A stretch of DNA of 54,972 bases from Octopus bimaculoides (GCF_001194135.2 NC_069001.1:8118971-8173942); one strand, 5' to 3'; counted from the first letter of the stretch, positions 1-13,299 are shown. Program-made: numbers and translations. Notes: generated by a model not told the origin, from the sequence alone.

Positions 1-215
1 TTCGAGCGTGGCCGTTTTCGTGCGGGTGACACGTAAAAGCACCCACTACACTCTCTGAGTGGTTGGCGTTAGGAAGGGCATCCAGCTGTAGAAACTCTGC
101 CAAATCAGACTGGAGCCTGGTGTTGCCATCCGGTTTCACCAGTCCTCAGTCAAATCGTCCAACCCATGCTAGCATGGAAAGCGGACGTTAAACGATGATG
201 ATGATGATGATGATG
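1..215 (+). mobile_element. 3' end of an RTE-type LINE or RTE-tailed SINE, ending in (ATG)n
   Basis: Contains ggttggcgttaggaagggcatccagc...ccaacccatgctagcatgg...gacgttaaacgatgatgatg. A homologous 3' UTR follows an RTE ORF end on the minus strand at 42966-43660. Confidence 0.75.
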
Positions 216-225
216 ATTACACTTG

Positions 226-630
226 ACAAAGTAATCTGAATGTTAAAGGGTTAAAAAAACAAAAAGAAGTTTAAATCTTTAAACCAGCCATATCTGGCCG
301 AAATATTCTATCTGTTTTATCTTCAAACTGGCCAGATCTGGTCTCTCACACTTACTCTACAATATTATTCTAAAAATAAACAATCACGTCATTGAAATCT
401 CAAGGCTACAAGGTAATACATGACTAATTCATATCAATGTGAATAAATATTTTATTTCACAGAAATCTGAATGCTAAATAGTTATCTCTAGCATTTAAAG
501 TGGCCATATCCGGCCAGTATATTCTACCTCATTTATCTTCAAACTGGCCAAATCTGGCCTCTTACACACATCTACGTCATTTGAAAAATAAACAATTATC
601 TCATCAAAATCAGAGTTAAAAATATCAATT
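226..630. repeat. Degenerate tandem copies of the piggyBac-like MITE seen at 6323-6540
   Basis: Shares the TIR-like end aatgttaaagggttaa and the internal aaactggccagatctgg...aaaataaacaatcac...cattgaaatctca with the copies at 6323 and 29383. Confidence 0.6.
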
Positions 631-772
631 CTAATTAATGCAATTTATCTGAACTTACAAACGTTTGTTTGAAGGTTCATGCAAACATCATTAAATAACA
701 AGTTCCAAGCTCTTTTTTTCTAACTGCAGAAATGAAGAATGTTGTTTATTGCATATATCAATATTCTGTTTA

Positions 773-986
773 CACTTTTACTTGTTTCAGTCATTTGACT
801 GTGGCCATGCTGGAGCACCGCCTTTAGTCGAGCAAATCGACCCCAGGACTTATTGTTTGTAAGCCTAGTACTTATTCTATCAGTCTCTTTTGCCAAAATG
901 CTAAGTTACGGGGACATAAACACACCACACACCACCATCGGTTGTCAAGCGATGTTGGGGGGACAAACATAGATACACAAACATAT

Positions 987-1023
<37 letters not shown>

Positions 1024-1192
1024 CAAATATACGACAGGCTTCTTTCAGTTTTCGTCTATCAAATCCACTCACAAGGCTTTGGTTGGCCTGAGGCTATAAT
1101 AGAAGACACTTGCCCAAGGTGCCACGCAGTGGGACTGAACCCAGAACCATGTAGTTGGTAAGCAAGCTACTTGCCACATAGCCACTCCTGCG
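773..1192 (-). mobile_element. tRNA-derived SINE family A, full length, with central microsatellite
   Basis: Minus-strand head has an A box (tggctatgtgg) and B box (gggttcagtccc), then ccttgggcaagtg (MIR/CORE-like), a (TA)/(TG) tract, and tail ...gactgaaacaagtaaaag. More than 10 related copies occur in the window. Confidence 0.85.
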
Positions 1193-1499
1193 CGTAGTTG
1201 CACTTTTTGACACAACTCTGGTAAATATAAACCTGGACACATACATACACTCACACATACATTAATAAGGTGGGCAGTATCCATAGACCAAATTTCACAT
1301 CAACTCACAGCTAGTTACATACACTTGCCTAAGATGATGTGCAGTAACCACATAGTTTGTGAAACAACTTCTTACTCAATGGGTCTGGCAGCACCAATAA
1401 ATCCATCGAATTTGTGAGTTCTGAAGTTTGTGGTTAGATTAGCACAGTCATGTTACATGATCTCCTCCTCCATCACATCCTACTTCTACACATGTGTAA

Positions 1500-2739
1500 C
1501 TTAGTCAATTTTTGTTTTCTGCTGCAAATGATTTACTACATGCAACAGTGATATGACTTCTATCCTGTATGAATGTGTTTGTGAATAAATAAGTGATGAT
1601 GCTGAGAAAATGATTTACAACAGACATCATACTGATGTGGCTTCTACCCTGTATGAACACGCTTGTGCTTAGTTAAGTTACTGTTTTGAGAGAATGATTT
1701 ACCACAGATATCACAGTGATATGGTTTTTCACCAGTGTGTGTGTACATGTGTTTAGTTAAACAGTATCTGCGAGAGAATGAGTTACCACAGAGATCACAG
1801 TGATATGGCTTCTCTCCAGTATGACTTCGTTTATGAGCAGCAAAGTTATTTTCGCTAGAGAATGATTTATCACATATATTACAGTGATATGGCTTCTCTC
1901 CTGTATGAATACATTGGTACATCCTTATGTCATTATTATCACTTTGCGAGGATGATTTAAAACAGATACTACAGTGGAATAGTGTCTGTTCTGTATGAAT
2001 GTGCTTGTCACTAATTAGGTTAGGTTTTTGAGAGAATGATTTACCACAGATATGACAGTGATATGGTTTTTCTCCTGTATGAATACGTTTGTGTTTTTTC
2101 AAATGATCATTTCTAGAGAATAATGTACCACAAATATCACAGTCATATGACTTCTCTTCTTGTATGAATGCGCTTGTGAGTAGTAACATTAGTTTCTTGA
2201 GAGAATGATTTACCACAGACATGACAGTGAAATGGTTTTTGCCCTGTATGAATATGCACATGTTTTGCTAAGTGATCATTTCTAGAGAATAATTTACCAC
2301 AGGCATCACAATGATATGGTTTCTCACCAGTATGAATGCGTTTATGTTTGGTTAAATGAGCAGTTTGAGAAAATGATGTGCCACAGATATCACAATGATA
2401 TGGTTTATCTCCAGTATGAATGTGTTTATGTTTGGTTAAATGATTATGTTGAGAAAACGAGTTACCGCAGATGTCACAGTGATATGGTCTCTCTCCTGTA
2501 TGAATACGTTTATGACAAATTAAGTTATTTTCATTTGAGAAAGATGCACCACAGATTTCACAGTGATGCAGTTTTTCTCTTGTATGAATGCATTTATGCT
2601 TCGTTAAGCTACGGATTTTAGAGAAAGATTTGCTACAAATATTACAGCAATATGGTTTTCCTCCTATATTAGTGTGCATGAGTTCAGGTAAACAATCAAT
2701 TTCAAAGAAGAATTTCCGACAAATTTCGCATGATAACAA
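1500..2739 (-). pseudogene. ZNF-1: disrupted C2H2 zinc-finger array (about 10 intact fingers plus degenerate ones)
   Basis: Overlapping ORFs 2143-2739 and 1644-2261 are joined by a +1 insertion in a linker at ~2157-2160. The conserved MEN start is absent, two internal fingers are broken, and TAG occurs in linkers at 1644-1646 and 1560-1562. The acceptor AG is retained at 3195-3196. Confidence 0.8.
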
Positions 2740-3403
2740 TCATGCTCAGACAGTGCTCTTAGTGCTCCACTGGTAAAGGTGCCATCACGATTTCGAATTC
2801 ACTTGCCCCAGCAGGTCTTTGCTGTAATTATTCTTTCACAATATATTGATATTTTCTTTCTTTCTATTTTTACATCTCATTTGTAAAAACAATACTTACT
2901 GCTGTATTTCTATCAACAGTGATATCTGTCAAGTGCTGAAGATATTGCAAACTCTTTTTTTACATCTATCCACGTTTAAGTAGAGTGCAAAATAAGCTTG
3001 CACACATTCAGATAGTCACGTAAACAAAGTTTGTAAATATTATCACTCAGAGGTGGTATTCCACATTACTTGTTCCACAGATTTATGTAACCAAATTTAC
3101 ACAACTGTTGTATATAATATATTCCTTAGTCTTTAATAGGCGATGGTGCTTCTGAAGTAAAAAATCTTTTTTAATGCCAATGTCATCTGATATTCTGAAA
3201 TAATAAAGAAATATTATTAGTTATATAAGATACTTAAAAATTTAAGATTCAGCAATTATTTTACTATAATTTTAGTAGTGTACATGATACTGATAAACTA
3301 CAGATACTAGCTTTTATCTGTGTACTTTATTTAAAAATTATATTCTACAACCTTATGTGAAGTTTACACATTTGCACACTTGAGCTATACACTTTCAGAT
3401 ACT

Positions 3404-3620
3404 CTTTACTCTTGACTTGTTTCAGTCATTTGACTGTGGCCATGTTGGGGCACCGCCTTTAGTCGAGCAAATCAACCCCAGGACTTATTCTTTGTAAGCC
3501 CAGTACTTATTCTATCGGTCTCTTTTGTCGAACCGCTAAGTTACTGGGACATAAACACACCAGCATCGGTTGTCAAGCAATGCTAGGGGGACAAACACAA
3601 ACACACACACACACATATAT
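3404..3620 (-). mobile_element. SINE family A, 3' half
   Basis: Near-identical to 773-1000 and ends at the (CA)/(TA) microsatellite. Confidence 0.85.
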
Positions 3621-3898
3621 GCCTAACGTTAAAGCCTAAAATTGTCTAACCCTAGGACATGAATACATTATACAGACATTAAGTTTATTTAAAAGAAATT
3701 CATAATTTTCATGGCTTTCTCATTATTATTATTATGGTAGGAAATCAATTATCTACCATGGGGGGGGGATGCAAAAAGAAGTCTTTCCAAAATTCCCCAC
3801 AAATGGTTTCAATACAGTTTTAACAGAAAGGTTTGGAAGAATTAGACGGAAGTTCTCCAGTAATTTTCTTTAATGTAAATAAATGTATTTATTTTCAG

Positions 3899-4065
3899 CC
3901 AGGTACTTATTGCATCGGTATCTTTTGCGAACTGCTTATTTACGTGGACAGACACAAACCACCACCGGTTATGAAGCGGTCGTAGGATACAGACAGACAC
4001 GACGAGCTTCTTTCAGTTACCGTCTGTCCAGTCAAAAGGTTTGGTCGGCCTCGGGCTATAATGTA
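3899..4065 (-). mobile_element. Old, degenerate SINE family A fragment
   Basis: Diverged match to the family A middle (gtacttatt...cttctttcagtt...ggtcggcctcgggctata). Confidence 0.55.
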
Positions 4066-4149
4066 TGAGCGGTCATAAAAGACCGACAGGTCAAAAACGA
4101 AAGCATACAACGATAACGGTCATAGAAATAGTCTTTACTGAGTACTTAC

Positions 4150-4260
4150 GGAAACGTTTTTAAAATTGTCACTTGCAGCCGAGAAAGATAAACAACGTAA
4201 CACATGTTTATTTTGAAGACGGAAGCGGAAATCGCGCCACGCCCACTTCGCATGCGCATA
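4150..4260 (-). promoter_or_regulatory. Putative promoter and short non-coding exon 1 of ZNF-1
   Basis: CGGAAGCGGAA (ETS-type, 4220-4230), GCCACGCCCAC (Sp/KLF-type, 4236-4246) and CGCATGCGCA (NRF1-type, 4249-4258) cluster in AT-rich DNA. A minus-strand donor GTAAGT lies at 4149-4144. Confidence 0.65.
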
Positions 4261-4315
4261 TATTTTCCTTAATTGTCCTTTTGAGAAGGGAAATTACTCT
4301 TACAAGGCTTACACT

Positions 4316-4741
4316 ACAATGTGTCCACAAAGTCTAGGTACATGGGGATTAACACATACTTTAAGAAATTATTATTTCTTATATTTAATTGTTTGTTATG
4401 ATTTTATTTACTCCATGTACCCACATGGGGGTTAACACATACTTTAAGAAACTATCATTTCTTATATTTAATTACTCTTTTACTTGTTTCAGTCATTTGA
4501 CTGCGGCCATGCTGGAGCACCGCCTTTAGTCGAGCAAATCGACCCCAGGACTTATTCTTTGGAAGCCTAGTACTTATTCTATCGGTCTTTTTTGCCGAAC
4601 CGCTAAGTTACAGGGACATAAACACACCAGCATCAGTTGTCAAGCGATGGTGGGGGGGGGGACAAACACACATACATATATATATATATATATACGACGG
4701 GATTTTATTTACTCCGTGTACCCAGACTTTGTGGACACCCT
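4316..4741. mobile_element. Tc1/mariner-type MITE interrupted by a SINE
   Basis: TA-flanked inverted ends caatgtgtccacaaagtctaggtac / gtacccagactttgtggacaccctg, with an internal duplication of gggttaacacatactttaagaaa. Confidence 0.65.
4474..4697 (-). mobile_element. SINE family A, 3' half, nested in the MITE
   Basis: Near-identical to 3404-3620. Confidence 0.85.
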
Positions 4742-5059
4742 GTATATTGTCGTCAGCAGCACCTTGTATTTTGATGTTTGTCTGACAGCAGTCTGTTGTA
4801 CTCAATTGCATCCTCTGGATTTCAAATACAGTAATACCTCACTTTACGAGACTCCAGATTTACGAGTTTTGTTTTATAATAAATATAAAAAGGTTATATA
4901 CATTTGGTTTGTGTGTGACAACACTTGCTTACAGCGGAGTAAAATGACGGCATAAAATTTCAATGTCTTACTCGGCGTGTGCGCTTAGTTGAGAGTGACT
5001 ATTACAAGCTAATTCTTCGTGCTCCATATTTTATTTTGCATACGTGTATTTACATTCTG

Positions 5060-5418
5060 GGGCACCGCTTTGAAGAATTTTAGCCGAATGAATTGACCTC
5101 AGTACTTTTTTTAAATATTTTTAAAACATGGTACTTATTCTATGGACCTCTTTTTTGAACCGCTAGGTTACGGGGGATGTAAATATATCAACACCGGTTG
5201 TAAAGCAGTGGTGGAGGGACAAACATAGACACACATGTAAATATATATATGCATATATATATATATATGATGAGCTTCTTTCAGTTTCCGTCTACCAAAC
5301 TCCATTCACAAGATTTCGATCGGCCTGAGACTATAGTAGAAGACACTTGTCCTAGGTGCTACGCAGTGGGGCTGAACCTGGAACCATATGGTTGGGAAGC
5401 AAGTTTCTTACCACGTGG
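5060..5418 (-). mobile_element. SINE family A, diverged near-full copy
   Basis: Head, CORE-like block, microsatellite and tail are colinear with 773-1192. Confidence 0.75.
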
Positions 5419-6322
5419 CTTCTCCTGTGCCAATAGTGTACTTTGGCGGGGGGTGGGGTGGATTCAGTCCTTAATAAAAGAATTACCAGTAGACTCTTTT
5501 GTATTAAATAATTGTGATAAAATATTAAATATAAAATTGTTTTTCCAACCACCAATGGGACATACATTTTTCTGGATAGTTGTGGTGGGGCCTGGAGAAA
5601 AATAGGCAGGGAAACACTGGTCTCAAGGATGAATACTGTTGAACTAATTCTTCTACTGTGTGTATTTCAGTAGCATATGGTTTAATGTTTCTTGGCTCAT
5701 CAGTTCTTATGCTCTTGTTTTACTAGCATGTAGACTGATTGATTCTTCTGTGTCTCAGCTAGTTTGATAATATCTGTTAACATTTGAGGCTAATACAGTC
5801 TTTCTTTTGCTCTCTTTCAGTACAGTGAGCAAACTAAATATGACTTGAGCCACAGACCAAACTTTAAATAGTGGGACCAAGATATGTATCACCTCATCTT
5901 CGCAGTTCCAGTAACTAACAATCACACTTGGCAGTAGACACTATTTTTCAGGCCAAGTACAATTAATTAGGACAAGTTCTAAAACTTGTACTAATTAAGT
6001 TAGTTGATATCATTAGCAATCTGTTTTATAATTTTTGCATCGTATATTTGAAGAGTCAGTAACAAATCAGACTGTCACACAAGTGGGAGAGACCAGTTAT
6101 ATGTTGCACAACAAAGCATATTATCAATTTGCAGTTCTTTTTATCCCTTTAGAAAGTTTAAAGTGCAATCATAATTCTATATTTTTTATTACCATTTTCT
6201 GCAACTTTGAAGGAGCATGTAAATTGGTTTGTTCAGAATCAAAGATGATATGATCTGTCCCTACTCATAATTATATATCATTCACATCTCAGGCAATTTG
6301 CAACAGAAAATGTTTTACTTAA

Positions 6323-6540
6323 CCCTTTAGCATTCATATTATTCTGTCAAATGTAAAGCTTATGTATTCACACCATTTTAAATTAATCATACATTATTTC
6401 ATGGCTTTGAGATTTCAATGATGTGATTGTTTATTTTTAAACTGACACTAATGTAGCAATGAAAGACAATATCTGACCAGTTTGAACATAAAACAGGTAG
6501 AATATTTTGGCTGGATTTGGCTGGTTTAAACACTAAAGGG
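6323..6540. mobile_element. piggyBac-like MITE (~218 bp)
   Basis: TTAA|CCCTTTAG...CTAAAGGG|TTAA: terminal inverted repeats starting CCC, flanked by a TTAA duplication (6319-6322, 6541-6544). Confidence 0.75.
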
Positions 6541-6689
6541 TTAAATTTCATCTTCATAAACAAATCTTTAAAAAAAGCTACAAAATTGTTCAAGCTTTTT
6601 AGAAGTGTAATTAAGGTCAAAGTAACCAAAAAATAATTAATAAAATCATTAAACATCCTCATTTCTATGCTTACATGGTATTTGTTGAA

Positions 6690-7018
6690 GTGGGAATTCT
6701 ATGGTTGGATGTCCTTCCAGTTACAACCTTCACCTGTTTAAAAGTAAGGTAATATATCCCCACATCCAGACATGTTTTCACAGATTGGATATGAAGGACA
6801 CCACATGAATTACAAATATCATGTGATGTGAAGGCAACGAGAGTAACACACACACACACACACATCTATCAGTACACATGGCAGATTTCTTCAGTTTCCA
6901 TTTACCAAATCTATTTATAAGGCTTTGGTCAGTCTACAGCAAAAGTAGAGCCATGCAGTAGGACTGAACCCAGGACATGTGGTTTGGAAGCAAACTTCTT
7001 ACCACACAGTAATGCCTG
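6690..7018 (-). mobile_element. SINE with a family A head and an RTE-type tail
   Basis: The head matches family A. The distal part matches the RTE 3' UTR motif ggttggatg(t/c)ccttcc. Confidence 0.6.
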
Positions 7019-7838
7019 TATTAATATTCTGTACATCATTTTACATTTTTTGTTTTGATTTCTTCAGTGAAATAAAGGAAAGAAACTGGAAAAAGAAAAA
7101 GAAGACATTTTTATGCATGGAAATATTCTTTCTCAACAATATTTCCATGGTTCCACTTTTATTTTTTTGAGACTCCATTCCAGTTATTCAAATGAACTTC
7201 TTTAGAAAGCCAGGACAGCAGAAAAGTGACTAGCAATGTAACTGATAAACATAATGCTGTTTATGTAATTTCTTTTTCTTTTGATAAATTGTGATATGTG
7301 AATTTCTATGAGCAAAAGTTAAGAAATAAGTGTACTCTTCATTTTCACAAGTCCAACATCTTAACCACTAAGCAACACACCTCCACCAAAATATATATAA
7401 GGGCTTACATGCACATACATACTACTAAAGTATGACAAAAGAATTTTTGTCATGAATTATGTGTTTATTTCTAACATAATAACTGTACAGAGAAGTTAAT
7501 CCTGATTTATGACAATTCATTTTTCAGTTATTTATTCACATTGTCAAATAAATCAATACAATGCTTTTTTCCCTCTGGAAATATGCTAGATGGAATATAT
7601 ATGAGTCTTCTAAAATGACTGGTAATTTGTCTCACCAATGTAGGTATAGTTGAGGACATGTGTGTATAATGAAGTGTTGGGTGGTTGTTTTCACACAATC
7701 ATAATTTTTAAAATACATTTATTGTTAGATATATCTTATACAAAAAATCCCTTTTCGCATTGGTACAGTGATTTCTTCAGTATGCATAAATGCATGTGTA
7801 GCTCAGTAACTTTTATGAGAAATGATTTACCACAAATA

Positions 7839-9281
7839 TCAGTTATATGGCTTCTTCCCTGTATGAATAAATTTGTGTCTAGTTAAGCAGTATCTTTGAG
7901 AGAATGATTTGCCACATGTATCACAGTGGTATGGTTTGTCTCCTGTATGATTATGTTTGTGGTTAGTTAAGGTAATTACATGAGAGAATGATTTACCACA
8001 GATATCACAATGATATGGCTTCTCTCCAGTATGAACACGTTTGTGTTTAGTTAAATGATCATTTCGATAGAACGATTTACCACAGATATCACAACCATAT
8101 CGTTTCTCTCCTGTATGAATATATCTGTGGTTAGTTAATATAGATTTTAAAGAGAATGATTTACCACAGATATCACAGTCATGTGGTTTTTCTCCTGTAT
8201 GTATTAGTTTGTGACTGGCCAAGTAAGACCTTTGAGAGACTGATTTACCACAGATATTGCACTGATATGGTTTTTCTCCTGTATGAATATGTTTGTGACT
8301 AGTTAAGTCAACATTTCGAAAGAATGATTTACCACAGATATCACAGCGATATGGTTTCTCTCCTGTATGAATACGTTTGTGAGAAGTTAAGTAGCTATTT
8401 CGCGAGAATGATTTACTACAGATATCACAGTGATATGGTCTTTCTCCGGTATGAATACGTTTATGTGTAGTCAAGGTGCTTCCATGAGTGAATGATTTAC
8501 CACAGATATCACAGTGATGCTGTTTTTCTCCTGTATGAATAAATTTGTGGGTAGTTAAGTGACCCGATGCAGAGAATGATTTTCCACAGATATCACAGTG
8601 ATACGGCTTCTCTCCAGTATGAATACGCTTATGAGTAATTAACTGACTTTTTTGAGAGCATGATTTACCACAGACATCACAGCAATATGGTTTTTCACCT
8701 GTATGAATGCGCCTGTGAGCAGTTAACTCACTTGTTTGAGAGAAAGATTTACCACAGATATCACAACAATATGGTTTTTCTCCAGTATGAATATGTTTGT
8801 GAGTAGTTAAATATCCATTTCGAGAGAATGATTTACCACAGATATCACAGCGGTAAGGCTTTTCTCCTGTGTGAATGCGTTTGTGTGATGTTAACGTACT
8901 TCCATGAGAGAATGATTTACCACAGATATCACAGTGATGTGGTTTTTCTCCTGTATGTATACGTTTGTGAGTAGTTAAAGTACTACTTTTGCAGAATGAT
9001 TCACCACAGATGTCACAGTGATATGGTTTTTTTCCTGTATGTATATTTTCATGACTAGTTAGGTTACCTCTTAGAGAAAATGAATTACCACAGATATCAC
9101 AATGATATGGTTTTCCTCTTGTATGAATACGTTTGTGAGTAGTAAGCTTACTTTTTTGAGAGAATGATTTTTTACAGATATCACAGTGGTATAATTTTCT
9201 TCCTATCTCATCAGGAAAATTAATCATTTTAGACTGTGTGTTACATTTAAACTGGTTCTTGGACAATTCGTTTTCCATCAT
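7839..9281 (-). CDS. ZNF-2: C2H2 zinc-finger protein, 16 tandem fingers, 480 aa
   Basis: Intact ORF of a 32-aa N-terminal peptide plus 16 x 28 aa with TGEKP-type linkers. Acceptor ttatttcag at 9505-9506. Confidence 0.95.
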   Translation of the reverse strand: MMENELSKNQFKCNTQSKMINFPDEIGRKLYHCDICKKSFSQKSKLTTHKRIHTRGKPYHCDICGNSFSLRGNLTSHENIHTGKKPYHCDICGESFCKSSTLTTHKRIHTGEKPHHCDICGKSFSHGSTLTSHKRIHTGEKPYRCDICGKSFSRNGYLTTHKHIHTGEKPYCCDICGKSFSQTSELTAHRRIHTGEKPYCCDVCGKSCSQKSQLITHKRIHTGEKPYHCDICGKSFSASGHLTTHKFIHTGEKQHHCDICGKSFTHGSTLTTHKRIHTGERPYHCDICSKSFSRNSYLTSHKRIHTGEKPYRCDICGKSFFRNVDLTSHKHIHTGEKPYQCNICGKSVSQRSYLASHKLIHTGEKPHDCDICGKSFSLKSILTNHRYIHTGEKRYGCDICGKSFYRNDHLTKHKRVHTGEKPYHCDICGKSFSHVITLTNHKHNHTGDKPYHCDTCGKSFSQRYCLTRHKFIHTGKKPYN

Positions 9282-10756
9282 TTTTCTTCCCTCATCACAA
9301 TATACAGATAGATATTCTTCTTCTTCTTGTTTTCATATTGCCTTTCTAGTAAACATTTCTACATCATATTCCCATCAGTTGTGATCTTTGCTGACATCTG
9401 AAGTTGCTGCTAACTAATTTATAAATGTTTTGTGTATAATAGCTTTCTTCAGTCTTAAATAGATGATATATATATATTACTTTATACCAATGTTGTTTGA
9501 TATTCTGAAATAAAGAAATAGTATAAGATATAGGGGGTACTTATGTAAAAATTCAATAGTGGAAATTTTATTACACTTCTATATTAACAATCTCCCAACA
9601 GAAACATTTATCTGAATGACTGAAATTCACTTTTTAATTTATTAAAATACCATCATATAACCTTGTGTGAAATCTACATATTTGCAGATGACAGCCTTTC
9701 AGAGTGTGTAACATTATATAAGTTAAACTATAAAATAGTGGACAATTAAATTCTTCTCTATCCAGGAACTTCATTCATTGTGTAGCTTTGTCTAGACATC
9801 ATGTGATGGCTATTAATGAGCATCATTGCCACACAAGCAATAACAGTAATTAGCAACAGACATTTGATTGTGTGTATGAATGTATGTATATATAACATGC
9901 TAGTAATAGCAATTACATTACCCATCATTACAAACTGGGGGCGGGGCTAACCCATAGAAATATTGAAAAACAAACACTTTAAATAAGACCTGAACCTGAA
10001 AAATAAAAGACGGGATGTCTATGGTTGGAATGCCTTTGGTCATAGGTGTGTTGGATCGGAGCTGACCTGAGCTAAAAAAAACTATAACAATTAGTAACAG
10101 CCTAACTGAGGACTTCTCTGTGCAGTCACTTGATTCGTCAGAAATAATAACCAAATCATTACTCAAACATCTTTAATCAAAGACATTTGCTTGATTAAGG
10201 CTGACGTGAGGCTAATTGCCAACAGATTTTTAACCATCTTTCCAGGTAGAGACCAGTAATCTATTTCTCACAGATCAAGTTAACCACACAGAGGGCTTCT
10301 CTTTAAATGAATCAAGCCCGTCACTCATTATAATAGTTTAGTTCCAGTTCAGCTCTTTTTATTTATTAATTCATGACAAAAATCAATTTCTTTTCCATTA
10401 GCATACAAAACTACATCAGTACACCAAATTTGAAAACAACTGGAACAAAATTAAGAAACAGAAAACTGTCACAACAACAGAAAAGATCCCAGCTCTATTC
10501 CAGTAGACCAGTGACTGAAAGCATTCCAGGCTTGACCATCCCATCTATTATTTTTTTAGAGAATCATAGTATGTTGACATGTATCAGTTTCTAGTTAACA
10601 AGGAAATTTATATAACGACGAACAATGTAGCTGTTATTTCTAGCATGTTGGGTCACAACAGTTGACGTACAGAAGTCTTTCGCTCGTTGTTGCTCTCATC
10701 TACAGCCTTATGACGAAAGGCATTCATTCACGGTCACTTTTATTTTTCGGGTAAAG

Positions 10757-11106
10757 TAGACTACGTTATCCAATGCATCCTTTAAAAAGAAAATGGATAA
10801 CAGGGGACATTAAAAGCGACACGATGGTTACAGTTAAGACGTTTAAAAGAAGAGATGGTCATAGTTGGAACAGTTTAAAAAAAAAACAGTATGATCACGG
10901 CTGGAGTATCATTGAAGACACATTTAGAAAACGTATGCTTTTGCCTCCCAATGAGTTGCACAAATGAAATGGAAGTGCTATTTTTTAAAATTTCCATTGT
11001 GTAGATAATGCACCACACGGATACTCATATACTCATCTTACGGCATTAGTGTACTCGGGACTACATTATCCGTTTTCTAAATGGGTACATTAGATAATAT
11101 AGTCCA
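10757..11106. mobile_element. MITE-like element with degenerate ~50-bp terminal inverted repeats
   Basis: tagactacgttatccaatgcatcc...aaaatggataa is an imperfect inverted match to ttatccgttttctaaatgggtacattagataatatagtcca. Confidence 0.5.
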
Positions 11107-11585
11107 AGGTGCGCTTTGCGAGAAAAATGGTAGATGAGGGAAATTTTGATATAATAAAAACATGAGACATTCCAGGATAGAACACATTGAAAGACAAGCA
11201 CTTAAAAAGACATGTTCGTGCGTCCGCATAATTACATATGCAGAAACGAACCGGACGTGTTATTTTCCAATTTCATTCTTTGGAAAATCAATAATAATAA
11301 TAATAATAAGTCAATAAAAAAGACAAAAATAAAGAAATAGGGAGCTGTCTTCTGGAATAAAGAGAAGGGACTTTCCTGATTGTGTGAAAGTGTATAAACA
11401 TCAATGTCAACGAAGAATTTTCTCTTAGGTTTGTCGTTTCTGTAAAATTACTGCGGCGTCCTTGAAGATGGTTATTCGGTGATCTTTCGATACTCGTTAT
11501 TTCGGACTCGTATCGAAAGATAGCCGGTTATTCTATCATTTAGACACATTACCTGACAGATATATTGAAATCTTCGTAAACTTAC

Positions 11586-11700
11586 CGACCCAAGATGTAA
11601 ACAGCGATTTACCTTTTCGTGCCTTGAGTTTTTCGAAATGACGTAAATTATTTCAAAGTTAGATTCTATATCCTTAGCCGCAGTTTCGATATACCGGGTA
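11586..11700 (-). promoter_or_regulatory. Putative non-coding exon 1 / TSS region of ZNF-2
   Basis: Donor GTAAGT at 11585-11580. Paralog-conserved motifs gatgtaaaca and agccgcagtttcga (11676-11689). Confidence 0.6.
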
Positions 11701-12008
11701 TCCCAGAAAGGTTTACTGATGGTTAACAAAAAAAAAATTCTCGAAAATTATTGGACAAAGCAATTATATTTTTGATTGCATTCAGCAATTCGCACATGCT
11801 TCAGCTTTAAGTGTTTATATTTTTTGTTTTCGTTTATAATAATTTTGTCAACAGATATGGCATCTCANNNNNNNNNNNNNNNNNNNNNNNNNNNNNNNNN
11901 NNNNNNNNNNNNNNNNNNNNNNNNNNNNNNNNNNNNNNNNNNNNNNNNNNNNNNNNNNNNNNNNNNNNNNNNNNNNNNNNNNNNNNNNNNNNNNNNAAAA
12001 AAAAAAAC

Positions 12009-12118
12009 GATAGAATAAGTACTAGGCTTACAAAGAATAAGTCCTGGCGTCGATTTGCTCGACTAAAGGCGGTGCTCCAGCATGGCCACAGACAAATGAC
12101 TGAAACAAGTAAAAGAGT
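12009..12118 (+). mobile_element. SINE family A 3' tail (5' part in gap)
   Basis: Reverse complement of the family A tail at 773-880. Confidence 0.8.
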
Positions 12119-12639
12119 ATTGGAAAAAAGTGGGTGGGGGGAATATTTACACAAGGAAAGTAGGTAACAAACGTTCTTCATTCAAGCACCTTTACCTATA
12201 ATCTGAAGATTGTTCTGGTTTGAGCCTTTGAATTACAACCAGCCTCTGTGAGTGTGTCTGTTTACATTTGCACTCTATGAAAGTCACAAGCTATGAGCAG
12301 TGTTGTTGCTGTCACTTCTGTCAACAAATCTTCTCGCCTTGCACCATAAAAGGTAACTGATTGTAAAGCAAAGCCTCAATAATGTACTCATTTAATCTAT
12401 CCTACCTGGAAAAAAAAAAGATCTAAAATGAATGAACAGCCAATCAACTCAACCATTGCTCTCCTATTTCTGGATAACTGACTGATACTCCAAAGTGAGA
12501 AAGAAAGTAATATGTGACAGAAAGTCTGGCAAAGAATGCTGGCCAGAGCCATCTAGCATGGATTTTGATGCTATATAAAAATTATTGGATTGTCAATTGA
12601 AGCAATTTAATCTATTGTTTATATGTACATATGCATATA

Positions 12640-12815
12640 TACACACACACATACACAACAAGCTTTTTTCAGTTTCCACTTATTAATTACTCTCAAGAGG
12701 TTTTGGTTGGCCCAGGGCGATTGTAGAAGACATCTGTCCAAAGAACATTGCACTAAGACTGAACTTGAGATCTCATGGTTGGGAAGCAAGCTTTTTAACC
12801 ACACAGCCATGCCTG
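12640..12815 (-). mobile_element. SINE family A 5' half
   Basis: tRNA-like head and CORE-like block as at 1030-1192. Confidence 0.7.
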
Positions 12816-13299
12816 CACTTTGTGGAATATATCTTTTTCACAAAGGTAAACGTATATGAGAGTTGAAACAAAGCAAAGGTAATGGAAAAAGGAGAGATGT
12901 GTATTGAGTAGAAGTAATATACACAGTAGTTTATAGAGTAAAAGCCATTTTAGAAGTAAAGGGAGTCAGTTTGATTTAGGCCAGATATAGCAAACTGATA
13001 TGTGAATCTTTGCCAATTAGATGGATGGCATTTTAACAGCTTTGTGGGCTGAGATAATATAATGTATATTCATTGATATGTATGAAGGACTTTTAAATTA
13101 AGTTTACATTCTTACATTTCTCATCTCTTACCATGTCACACTATTTTCACTCAGTGCACTTACCTATACACATATCCACCATTTCTGCTCTTCATTCCTG
13201 TTCTGCATCATATTCACCTTATGCCTTGACCTCACATTCGTTTTCCCTCCCTTTACCACCACCTTCATCATTCAACCTCTCAGGTTCATCTCAAATTGA

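Noticed and set aside
872-1284. Short ORFs over SINEs and microsatellites (YIYI/VCVC-rich), also at 4608-5605, 12619-12859, 33423-34144 and 42907-43640
   Set aside because: They are translations of repeats with no domain signal.
5670-5710. CTGATGA...GAAA on the minus strand as a second hammerhead
   Set aside because: There is no helix II pairing and no compatible helices I or III.
7839-9281. 84-bp periodic repeats with variable inserts, superficially CRISPR-like
   Set aside because: They are in-frame C2H2 codons in a eukaryotic context. There are no cas genes, and the variable part is the recognition helix.
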